Assembly: GCA_050258455.1 (NCBI GenBank)
Contig: JBLMYT010000114.1
Coordinates: 55,995-119,994 of the forward strand
Origin: Candidatus Omnitrophota bacterium
GTDB lineage: Bacteria; Acidobacteriota; Aminicenantia; UBA2199
Direction: 5' to 3'
DNA: 64,000 bases
The translations under genes were made by a program, and so were the position numbers. The notes below the pieces were generated by a model. It was not told where the DNA came from, did not search any database, and was given only the letters and a program-made list of their open reading frames with translations. Each line of letters begins with the position of its first letter. Within the stretch, counting starts at the first letter, position 1. Shown in pieces: positions 44,401 to 51,729 of the stretch.

Positions 44401-47400
44401 CATCAAAGTGTTCACAACCTGGTCATTGGGTTAACCGAGCGCATTTACCACCGGTACTCACCCGGAGCTGCGGTCAGTTTGGTTGCCCCATACATCTTTG
44501 ATGCGTCGATAAAACAGATATTTGCCGCCCTGGTTTTGGGGCACACTCTCGATGTGGTCCCCGAAGATGCGCGGACCGACGGGGCTCGGTTGAGCGATTT
44601 CTTTAGACGACATCAGGTTGATATTATCGATGGAACCCCCACGCATCTTCGCTTGTTGCGGGAAATTCTGGGGAGCGGAAACCCGGGATTTTCCCCTCGG
44701 CATTTTGTGATTGGAGGAGAGGCCTTCCCCCGCGGACTGGCCCGAGAAATAGGAGAGATATTCAATATCAACGGGCACGCGTGCACCATTACCAATGTAT
44801 ACGGCCCGACCGAATGTTGCGATGTCTCGACCACGTATGAAATGACCCTTGAGGATCCCCACCCGGGGGATATTCTACCTATCGGTAAGCCCATGCCCAA
44901 TGTCCGTGTTTATATTCTGGATCCGGATCTTCGATTGGTGCCGATCGGAATGATGGGCGAATTGTGTATCGGAGGCGATGGGGTTGCGGCCGGTTATTTA
45001 AACAGCGATGTGCTCACATCGCAAAAGTTTATTGAGAATCCCTTTGAAAAAGGGACATCGTTGTATCGAAGCGGTGACCTGGTTCGATGGTTGGCGAATG
45101 GGCATATCGAATTCGTGGGGAGAAAGGACCATCAAATTAAAATCCGGGGATTCCGGATCGAACCCGGAGAAATTGAGAAACAACTCCTGCATATTGAGCA
45201 TATCAAGGAATGCATGGTCGTGGCGAAAAAAGACGCCAGGGGCGATAACTTTTTATGTGCGTATATTGTTCCCCGGCACGGCGAAATCGCGTTGAAGCAG
45301 ATGACCACCGTGAACCCTCCCTTTCATTTTGAAAAAATGATCAAAAAACATTCCGAGTTTCGCCTAAACGATATGGCACTCAGTGGGGATATGTTTATCT
45401 CGGAGGCGTTGACAAACCCTGGCGATTCCCAACCCCGCACCCGCTCTTTTGCTCAGCATTTTCAAACGTTGGTAATGGAAAAAAGCGATGAAATCGCGGT
45501 GAAATCAGGTACCCAATCTTTGTCGTTTCATTTGCTGGATGCTCAATCCAACCGGTTGGCAAGACGAATTATCGAATCGTACGATGACCGGTTCCAATTA
45601 TCCGGAGAAGAACATAACCGGTACCAACGTCAAATCCTCCTGGACCGCTGGGGAGTGGAATGTCAGGAAAAGCTTAAAAGTACAACGGTATTTGTTGCCG
45701 GGGCCGGCGGCATTGGGTCTCAGATCATCCAGCAACTGGCGCTGCTGGGATTCGGCACCTTGATCATCTGCGATGACGATACAGTGGAATTGTCGAATTT
45801 AAACCGTCAGAGTATGCATGATCTGTCGCGAATGGGTATGAATAAGGCCTTGTCAGCCCAAATGACCGTCCAGCGAATAAACCCTCACGTTACCGTGAGG
45901 GTGCGACAGGAGCGAATCAAATGGGAGAATATTGATGATTTGGTCGAAGATTCCCAAATCATTTTCGATTGCGTGGATGACCTTGAAACCAAATTCATCC
46001 TATCCGAGGCCGCAGTAGCTCGGCAAATTCCCCACATCCTTTCCGGGATGATCGAGGTCAATTCATTTGCTGCTATTTTGCATGCCCCCCGTACCGCTTG
46101 CTTCCATTGCATTTATGACCGGAGCAAAGTCGATGAAATTAACGAAATGAGGAAAACCGTTACCAATTACCGGAAGAAACCTTTCCCCGTTGCTGCCCCG
46201 GCTCTTTTTGTGACGACCGGTTTTGTATGCAACGAAGCGCTCAAAATCGTGTTGGGGTTTGAAAACCCGGCGTATGATAAATTTTTTGTATTCAACCAGA
46301 TGGGAACGCCTCGAATTGTCGAAACGGAAGGGTACAAACAAATGACGTTTGCATTTAACGATCATTTAAAGCAGACCTCCAAAGCCCAGGGATTTGATTG
46401 GGATATATGTTGGAGTGGAAAGTTTGTCGAAGAATTGACGATCGGCCCGGATCCCCATTGCCCCCTTTGTTCCCAAAAGCGGCGGCAACAAGCGGGTACT
46501 CGGTCCGAAGGAACCGGAATCGGGCATACGGGTTCGCCGGCGGTAAATAACGAAACAAAGGGGCACCAATCCGTGGCCTCGATCTTGAATAATGACGTGG
46601 GGTCGATTTTGTCGCTTCTCGGCACCTTTAAATCGGGAAAAACCTACGTTCCGCTCAATCCCACGTCCCCCGATAAAAAATTGGCTTACCTGGTTGAGGC
46701 GATCGGTTCCCGGTTAATACTGACCGATAGTGAAAATCTCGATCACGCATTAAAAATCAGGGATCGGGTGAATAAGCGAATCCCTGTAATTAATATCGAT
46801 GAGGTCGGTGATGAAGACGATGGCTTAACCGAAATCCCGGATATCGATATCTCTCCCGATTCCGAAGCTTATCTTTTCCCTCAATTTAATACCCGGAGTC
46901 AGGATGTTCCGTTAACGCCCTCCGGGTTGCGGGAGTTTTTGTTAAAGGAATTACCGGACTATATGATTCCCAATTATTTTATGGAAATTGAAACGTTTCC
47001 TTTGACCGCCAATGGAAAATTGGATATCGATGCCTTGCCGGAACCCAGGATCGGCCAGCCGGATGAAAATCATGAAGTTCCCCGAAATCCGGTTGAAAAA
47101 AAATTAGCCGAAATCTGGTCGGATGTTCTTTCGGTCAATGGGGATTTGATTGGAATCAACTCTCATTTTTTCGATTTGGGGGGGCATTCCTTGCGAGCGA
47201 CATCGCTGATCGCCAAAATCAACAAAGAATTTAATGTTAAAGTGCCCCTGGTGGAAGTTTTTCGCACGCCGACCATCAAAGGCCTGGCGCAATTTATCTC
47301 CAATTCCCAAAGAGAGAACGCGAGCGTTAGTGATGATGCTCACCTGGTGAGGCTCAACGTGCGACCCGGAGAATCCGGGAACTTGTTCTTTATCCATGAA

Positions 47401-48195
47401 ATTAGTGGAGGCGTGGATGGCTATATGGAATTTGTTCTCCACCTGGATGTGAATCTGAATTGTTGGGGGATTCGGGCCGCATGGGATGATTACCCGGCGC
47501 CCAAAAATCAAACCATTGAAGAGATGGCAACTCGCTACATCGAAACAATGAAGATGGTTCAGCCCCGCGGGCCTTATTTTCTGGTCGGGTGGTCGCTGGG
47601 CGGATCCATTGCCTTTGAAATGGTTCGGCAATTGGAACAATCGAATGAACCTATAGGGTTTGTGTCTTTGATTGATTCGGTGGGGCCCCGTGGCGCTTTC
47701 CAAAAAGATGCCCTCCCTTTTACGTCCGAATCTGAGAAGGCGTTTGTCCGTCGTGCCATATCGGATCCCGAGCTCCATGAAAAACTTGAAAGCGCTTCAG
47801 GGTTGGATCAAATTTGGTCTGTAATTGGGGAATATCTGGAGAAGACCCCCGCCGGTATGGATATCCTGAAAGAGGAAATCCGGAAAAATACCAATCCCGG
47901 AATGGGGATAGACGGGCAGATAAAGCCGATGGATATGATTAAACGATTCAATATGGCACGCACGCTGGCGAATGCATGGTCGCTGTATAATCCGGCCGAA
48001 AAAATCAAAACACCGATCCATTACGTTGCGGCGGTCAGGTCGAAAGAGACTATTAAAGATAAATGGGAGGATTATTCCGAACAACCGATTTTACATTATG
48101 AAATTGACGGGGACCATTTCTCCATATTTCGAAAGCCGGATGTCCTCGCTTTTGCAGAAAAATTTTGTAATATGGTGCGTACTGTTATATCATGA
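41458..48195 (+). CDS. Terminal NRPS 3: orphan C-lobe, then one A domain split by two insertions, then PCP and thioesterase. The first insertion is a radical SAM plus B12-binding unit between A2 and A3. The second is a ThiF/MoeB E1-like domain between A8 and A9/A10.
   Basis: The A cores in order are A1 LTYRELNRRANRLA and A2 LKSGAAYLPIDP, then an insertion of about 590 aa. The insertion carries the radical SAM motif GSRGCPFNCAFCH and later a B12-binding Rossmann segment ILLLDL..PPLGLMNLLSYA..KPDVIGVRTLSF..IIAGGPY..MVIGEGE. The A cores resume with A3 LSYVIFTSGSTGKPKGV, A4 FDAS, A5 NVYGPTE, A6 GELCIGGDGVAAGYL, A7 YRSGDL and A8 GRKDHQIKIRGFRIEPGEIE. A second insertion of about 450 aa carries the E1 Rossmann segment YQRQILLDRWGVECQEKLKSTTVFVAGAGGIGSQIIQQLALLGFGTLIICDDDTVELSNLNRQ and two CxxC pairs (CFHC, CPLC). 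The A domain ends with A9/A10 LPDYMIPNYF..TANGKLDIDALPEP. The PCP motif is LGGHSLRAT and the TE motif is GWSLGGSIA. The protein is 2245 aa and has no internal stop codons. Confidence 0.85.
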   Translation: MKNQRHHELGNVVLAARQSEKERTYWKNKLAGELHPGHFPFDKKPMGHVPRHRDTVPFEIDGDVFAKLTWIINGADTLLHVILCSVVKVLLHKYTGNTDMIIGTPIYKQDIAGDFVNTILILRNKLETAMSFKDFLFQVRDSLNEAVEHQNYPVEGIFYDLGLPYNREDCHLFDTVVILENIQASHYIDHVNRNILFSFLRTDGGMNGTIEYNTTLFERHTIERILTSLLFIMRQVLFNVTIPLDQVDALTEDEKKTLLRDFNGHEIQYPKEKTLQDLFEAQVETSPDRVAVVYDGQTLTYRELNRRANRLAWLLRHQRVGPNAVVGLISERSLNMIIGIWGILKSGAAYLPIDPLSPTNRLMALVRDSEPSHLVLTDKTVERHSYMAFLNQDLAHVKFIKTPPRPPIGELDMLPFPDRSLVDYEVYNRYIGQALAKNKMVLQGSRGCPFNCAFCHKIWPKKQVSRSAENIFAEMRVYYDMGVRRFAFVDDIFNLNIANTSRLFDMLIDHQLKVELFLALRGDILTPEYIDLMVRAGAVRITMSLETASERLQTLIGKKLNLDRFRKNIEYVCEKYPHVILELNTLHGIPTETPEEARMTLDFIKGLKWLHFPYVHVLKIYQNTDMEKIALRSGISKEAIIRSENLAYHELPETLPFDKTFSKNYQADFFNNYFMSKERLLRVLPFQMKILTEDEIVQKYDSYVPADIHSLDDLLAYAGIRRDELSITQCRSEEQIAIPDFNQKLRAAFPKTPPADSAQELKILLLDLSQLFTANKKMLYDIFEPPLGLMNLLSYASHRLPGKINGKIAKSRVDFNNYRELKALLDEFKPDVIGVRTLSFFKDFFHQTIGLIRQWGIQTPIIAGGPYVTSDYLTILADPNIDLMVIGEGELTFCEVIERIMANNGQLPGPEALHQIPGIVFATRSDKNQTASRPLIQMDEVMRYTPDIPDHNPPSINRPDDLSYVIFTSGSTGKPKGVKIRHQSVHNLVIGLTERIYHRYSPGAAVSLVAPYIFDASIKQIFAALVLGHTLDVVPEDARTDGARLSDFFRRHQVDIIDGTPTHLRLLREILGSGNPGFSPRHFVIGGEAFPRGLAREIGEIFNINGHACTITNVYGPTECCDVSTTYEMTLEDPHPGDILPIGKPMPNVRVYILDPDLRLVPIGMMGELCIGGDGVAAGYLNSDVLTSQKFIENPFEKGTSLYRSGDLVRWLANGHIEFVGRKDHQIKIRGFRIEPGEIEKQLLHIEHIKECMVVAKKDARGDNFLCAYIVPRHGEIALKQMTTVNPPFHFEKMIKKHSEFRLNDMALSGDMFISEALTNPGDSQPRTRSFAQHFQTLVMEKSDEIAVKSGTQSLSFHLLDAQSNRLARRIIESYDDRFQLSGEEHNRYQRQILLDRWGVECQEKLKSTTVFVAGAGGIGSQIIQQLALLGFGTLIICDDDTVELSNLNRQSMHDLSRMGMNKALSAQMTVQRINPHVTVRVRQERIKWENIDDLVEDSQIIFDCVDDLETKFILSEAAVARQIPHILSGMIEVNSFAAILHAPRTACFHCIYDRSKVDEINEMRKTVTNYRKKPFPVAAPALFVTTGFVCNEALKIVLGFENPAYDKFFVFNQMGTPRIVETEGYKQMTFAFNDHLKQTSKAQGFDWDICWSGKFVEELTIGPDPHCPLCSQKRRQQAGTRSEGTGIGHTGSPAVNNETKGHQSVASILNNDVGSILSLLGTFKSGKTYVPLNPTSPDKKLAYLVEAIGSRLILTDSENLDHALKIRDRVNKRIPVINIDEVGDEDDGLTEIPDIDISPDSEAYLFPQFNTRSQDVPLTPSGLREFLLKELPDYMIPNYFMEIETFPLTANGKLDIDALPEPRIGQPDENHEVPRNPVEKKLAEIWSDVLSVNGDLIGINSHFFDLGGHSLRATSLIAKINKEFNVKVPLVEVFRTPTIKGLAQFISNSQRENASVSDDAHLVRLNVRPGESGNLFFIHEISGGVDGYMEFVLHLDVNLNCWGIRAAWDDYPAPKNQTIEEMATRYIETMKMVQPRGPYFLVGWSLGGSIAFEMVRQLEQSNEPIGFVSLIDSVGPRGAFQKDALPFTSESEKAFVRRAISDPELHEKLESASGLDQIWSVIGEYLEKTPAGMDILKEEIRKNTNPGMGIDGQIKPMDMIKRFNMARTLANAWSLYNPAEKIKTPIHYVAAVRSKETIKDKWEDYSEQPILHYEIDGDHFSIFRKPDVLAFAEKFCNMVRTVIS

Positions 48196-48244
48196 GTAGC
48201 GGCAATAAAAATCAATTTTTAAATCAATTTTTAAAGGTGAATAA

Positions 48245-49279
48245 ATGAAAGAAAAAAAATGTTCGTTTCAACTGTTTTTAAGTATATGGATTGTCATTTT
48301 CATGTTTGGAGCATCCGTCGTAGGGGCCGTTGAGAACCCCTTGAGTCTCTCAACGGTTCAAGAGGGGGTCTATCGGATCGTGGGTTTGAATCTTGAGGTT
48401 AATGTGACCTGTCTGGTCACCGGGGAAGGGGTATTGGTCATCGATTCAGGTACGAATCCTGTGGAAGGGCGATGGATTGTCGAGCGAATCAAAGAAAAAA
48501 CAGATAAACCGATTAAATATGTCGTGCTAACCCATTACCATTTTGATCATTCGGCGGGGTTAATGGGATTTCCCAAAGATGTAACGGTTTTGGCGCACGC
48601 CAATTGTTATCAAAATATTTCCAAATACAATGAAGCCCGGCGGGTCTCGCTGGTAGAGAAGGTTTTACCGGGGCAGATCCAGGGGATTCGTCAGGAGCTT
48701 GAAACGTTAAAAAAACAAAATAGCCCTGATATTAAAGAAAATGAAACGAAATTGGAAAACCTGACGCGGCAGTTGGAGGCATTCCAAAAAGCGAATGTGG
48801 TGTTGCCTTCCGTCACGTTTGAACAACAGTTGGTGCTCCGGTTGGGAGGAGAAAAAATCGAATGTATTTATCCGGGGCCGACGCATACCAATGGTAGTAT
48901 TTGCGTTTATGTACCGGACAAAAAATTATTAGTCACCGGGGATATGGTGTTCAATGGTTTTATTCCGTATATCGATTGGAAAGCGGGTTCCAATACCCGG
49001 AACTGGATCGATCAATTGGGGAAATTATCCCAATGGAATATTGAAACGGTGATCCCGGGTCATGGCGAACCGGTTGGCAAAGCGGTCCTGGATGAGCAGA
49101 AACGTTTTCTCTCGGATTTGAGGGCCAGTGTAACCGAGGCCATCGGTAAAGGATTGACGTTGGACCAAATGAAGACATCGATTAAATTGGCCAATTACAG
49201 TCATTTAAAATTTCCGAATTTCCTTGGTAGTGATATCGAATCGGTTTATGTCGAATTGACAAATAGCAAAAAGGAATAG
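48245..49279 (+). CDS. Secreted metallo-beta-lactamase-fold hydrolase
   Basis: There is a signal peptide. The MBL motif is THYHFDHSAG (HxHxDH), with further downstream His and Asp ligands. Confidence 0.8.
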   Translation: MKEKKCSFQLFLSIWIVIFMFGASVVGAVENPLSLSTVQEGVYRIVGLNLEVNVTCLVTGEGVLVIDSGTNPVEGRWIVERIKEKTDKPIKYVVLTHYHFDHSAGLMGFPKDVTVLAHANCYQNISKYNEARRVSLVEKVLPGQIQGIRQELETLKKQNSPDIKENETKLENLTRQLEAFQKANVVLPSVTFEQQLVLRLGGEKIECIYPGPTHTNGSICVYVPDKKLLVTGDMVFNGFIPYIDWKAGSNTRNWIDQLGKLSQWNIETVIPGHGEPVGKAVLDEQKRFLSDLRASVTEAIGKGLTLDQMKTSIKLANYSHLKFPNFLGSDIESVYVELTNSKKE

Positions 49280-49299
49280 GTTTGAAGAGGAGAAGCGGC

Positions 49300-50241
49300 A
49301 TGACGTTTGAAGAAACAATCGCATCGTCGAGAGTCGTATTAACGGAGGGGGGAATGGTTGAGCGAATTCGGCGGGATCCGGAAGTGCAATTGGATCCGTT
49401 TATTGCCCATTCGGGGTTGGTATATGAGGAAACCGGGCGTCGTGTTCTCGGCCGTATTTACAGGGAATACATCGACGTTGCCCACAGGTATCAGCTTCCC
49501 ATGATGAGTTATGCGCCCACCTGGAGGGCGAATCCGGAGAATCTCAAGAAATCGTTTTTTTGTAACTGTAAAGATATAACCATGGACTGTGTCGATTTCT
49601 TAAAGGAAATTCGGGCATGTTACGGCGAGTATTCTCCGTCGATTTTTATTGGGGGGTTAATGGCATGTAAGGGGAATGCGTATTGTCCGGAAGAAGCTCT
49701 GTCGAAAGAGGAAGCGGTAGTGTTTCACCGGGAGCAAGCGGAGGCGTTGGCGCGAAGCAAGGTGGATTTTATCAAAGCCGCTACTTTACCGGCAGTTTCC
49801 GAAGCCTATGGAATTGCGAAAGCCATTGCCTCCCAGGGAATTCCGTATATTTTAAGTTTTGTGGTCCGGCCCGATGGGTGCGTACTGGATGGAACCCCAA
49901 TTTATAGCGCAATTGAATGGATTGATTCGGAAATCCATCCCAAACCGATTTTTTATATGTTGAATTGTGTGCATCCGAAGATATTTGATCAAGCCGTCAG
50001 CCAGGAATCCAATATGTCCAAACAGGTAACCCGGCGGATTTTGGGGTTTCAAGCCAACACGTCTTCAAAGAGTCCAAAGGAGTTAGATAATTTATCCTAT
50101 TTGGATACATTGCCCCCAGAGGAGTTTGGCGGGATGATGATTGCGTTACACCGAAAATTTGCGATTAAAGTTTTAGGCGGGTGTTGTGGAACCGATGCCA
50201 GACATATTATCGAGATAGCCAAAAAATTAAAAAATTCCTGA
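49300..50241 (+). CDS. Homocysteine S-methyltransferase-family protein (PF02574-like; the same fold as the MetH homocysteine-binding domain)
   Basis: The C-terminal zinc-ligand motif is GGCCGTDARHI, with upstream Cys at CVHP. The ATG at 49300 follows GAGGAG. The ORF track starts at TTG 49282. Confidence 0.7.
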   Translation: MTFEETIASSRVVLTEGGMVERIRRDPEVQLDPFIAHSGLVYEETGRRVLGRIYREYIDVAHRYQLPMMSYAPTWRANPENLKKSFFCNCKDITMDCVDFLKEIRACYGEYSPSIFIGGLMACKGNAYCPEEALSKEEAVVFHREQAEALARSKVDFIKAATLPAVSEAYGIAKAIASQGIPYILSFVVRPDGCVLDGTPIYSAIEWIDSEIHPKPIFYMLNCVHPKIFDQAVSQESNMSKQVTRRILGFQANTSSKSPKELDNLSYLDTLPPEEFGGMMIALHRKFAIKVLGGCCGTDARHIIEIAKKLKNS

Positions 50242-50280
50242 CACTCCCATCATGCTCAGAAGTCGATTTGCCAAGTACGC

Positions 50281-51729
50281 TTATTTTAAAGCGGAAACCG
50301 CTGTATGAATGAGCTCAAACAAGGGCTGTGGATAAATTCCCATGGCCACCAAAAGAATGGTCAATACCCCAATGGCAAACATCCCGGGCGAGGCAAAAGA
50401 AACCGGTTCGATTTCACCGTCTCTCGTTCGGGTAAGCAAGATGTAAACGACTCGTAAATAATAAAACAAGCCAATTATACTCCCGATAATGAGCGCGGCT
50501 AATAATACCCATAAATTCCGCTGAATTCCGATGGAGATGAGATAGATTTTAGCCATAAATCCAAAAGTAAAAGGGAAACCCGCCAACGAAAAGAGAAAAA
50601 TAACAAACGCCGCGGTAAGCCAGGGATGCCGATACGCCAAACCCCGAAAGTCTTCCAATTCGTCGGCTTCCTTTCCACCGGAAGAAGACAACAAGATCAC
50701 CACACCAAACGCCCCCATGATGGTAATAATATAAGCCAATAGATAAAAAATAACGGCGGTGTAACCGATCGGATGAAAGATCACCATGGGAACCATCAAA
50801 TACCCCAAATGCCCGATCGATGAATAAGCCAACAGTCGCTTGACATGGTTTTGCAAGAGCGCCAACAGATTCCCGACTAACATGGACGCGGCCGCCAAAA
50901 GACTCAGCATGAACTTCATCCCCGGATGATCAGCAGGCGCTGCCCAGGTCAACAACCGAACCAACAGGATCACGACCGCACCTTTGGAAACGGTGGTGAC
51001 AAACGCAGTCACCGGAGATGGCGCGCCCTGATAGATATCGGGCGCCCACATGTGAAAGGGCACCAACGCGAGTTTAAATCCAACGCCCAAAATGATCAAG
51101 GCCAATCCTGCGAGAAACCATAAATTGGCATTCCCATCCGAGGCATAAATCCGCGATAATTCCATAAACGACATGGATCCGGAATCGCCATAAACGAGAG
51201 CCATTCCAAAGAGAATAAATGCGGTTGCAACCGAAGCAAGAATCAAATACTTGACGCCGGCTTCAAGACGCAGAAGCTTTGCGGGATTGTATGCAATCAT
51301 GGCGTACAACGATACGCTGAGAATTTCCAGTCCCAAAAAGAATGAAATGAAATGCGTGCTGACGGTTAAAACCGATGCCCCCAACAGCGATAAAAGCAGT
51401 AAGACATAAAACTCTTCCTTTTCCCCGGTTTCAGTTCCAAAATACCCAAACGCAAACGCAACAACCGCCAATCCGAAAAGGAACAGAAAGGACTGACATA
51501 ATATCGCATACATATCCACGGTGATTAATTCCCCGGTCCAGGAGGTTCCGGTGATTCCGATTAAGGATATCAACGCTAAAACCAATGATCCGCCGGTAAA
51601 TAAAACAATCGGGAAATAGGTCCGCTTAAAGGTAATCCATACCATCAATCCAATGGCGGCAACACCCAGAATTGCCAATGGGAGAAGCGAGAAGATGTTA
51701 TTTCCCGGCATGAAATCCTCCTCCGACAA
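50281..51729 (-). CDS. nuoN: NADH-quinone oxidoreductase subunit N
   Basis: It is a 14-TM antiporter-like subunit and the last gene of the nuo operon. The exact start is uncertain, since it overlaps nuoM. Confidence 0.85.
   Translation of the reverse strand: MSEEDFMPGNNIFSLLPLAILGVAAIGLMVWITFKRTYFPIVLFTGGSLVLALISLIGITGTSWTGELITVDMYAILCQSFLFLFGLAVVAFAFGYFGTETGEKEEFYVLLLLSLLGASVLTVSTHFISFFLGLEILSVSLYAMIAYNPAKLLRLEAGVKYLILASVATAFILFGMALVYGDSGSMSFMELSRIYASDGNANLWFLAGLALIILGVGFKLALVPFHMWAPDIYQGAPSPVTAFVTTVSKGAVVILLVRLLTWAAPADHPGMKFMLSLLAAASMLVGNLLALLQNHVKRLLAYSSIGHLGYLMVPMVIFHPIGYTAVIFYLLAYIITIMGAFGVVILLSSSGGKEADELEDFRGLAYRHPWLTAAFVIFLFSLAGFPFTFGFMAKIYLISIGIQRNLWVLLAALIIGSIIGLFYYLRVVYILLTRTRDGEIEPVSFASPGMFAIGVLTILLVAMGIYPQPLFELIHTAVSALK

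Noticed and set aside
42560-46650. Interpretation of NRPS 3 as an assembly chimera of separate rSAM, ThiF and NRPS genes
   Set aside because: A-domain cores A1-A2, A3-A8 and A9-A10 appear in the correct order and in one uninterrupted 6.7-kb frame, with the inserts precisely at the two known permissive loops. This pattern is hard to obtain by mis-assembly. It still needs confirmation with long reads.
24122-48195. Polyketide synthase or hybrid PKS-NRPS content
   Set aside because: No ketosynthase (DTACSS), acyltransferase (GHSxG in a malonyl-AT context) or ACP-only modules were seen. All carrier proteins are PCPs flanked by C/A domains. The only GxSxG is in the C-terminal thioesterase.
50289-50303. 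Small hairpin AGCGGAAACCGCT downstream of the NRPS operon
   Set aside because: It lies inside the C-terminal codons of nuoN (..AVSALK) on the opposite strand. It has only a 5-bp stem and no T-run, so it is not convincing as the operon terminator.
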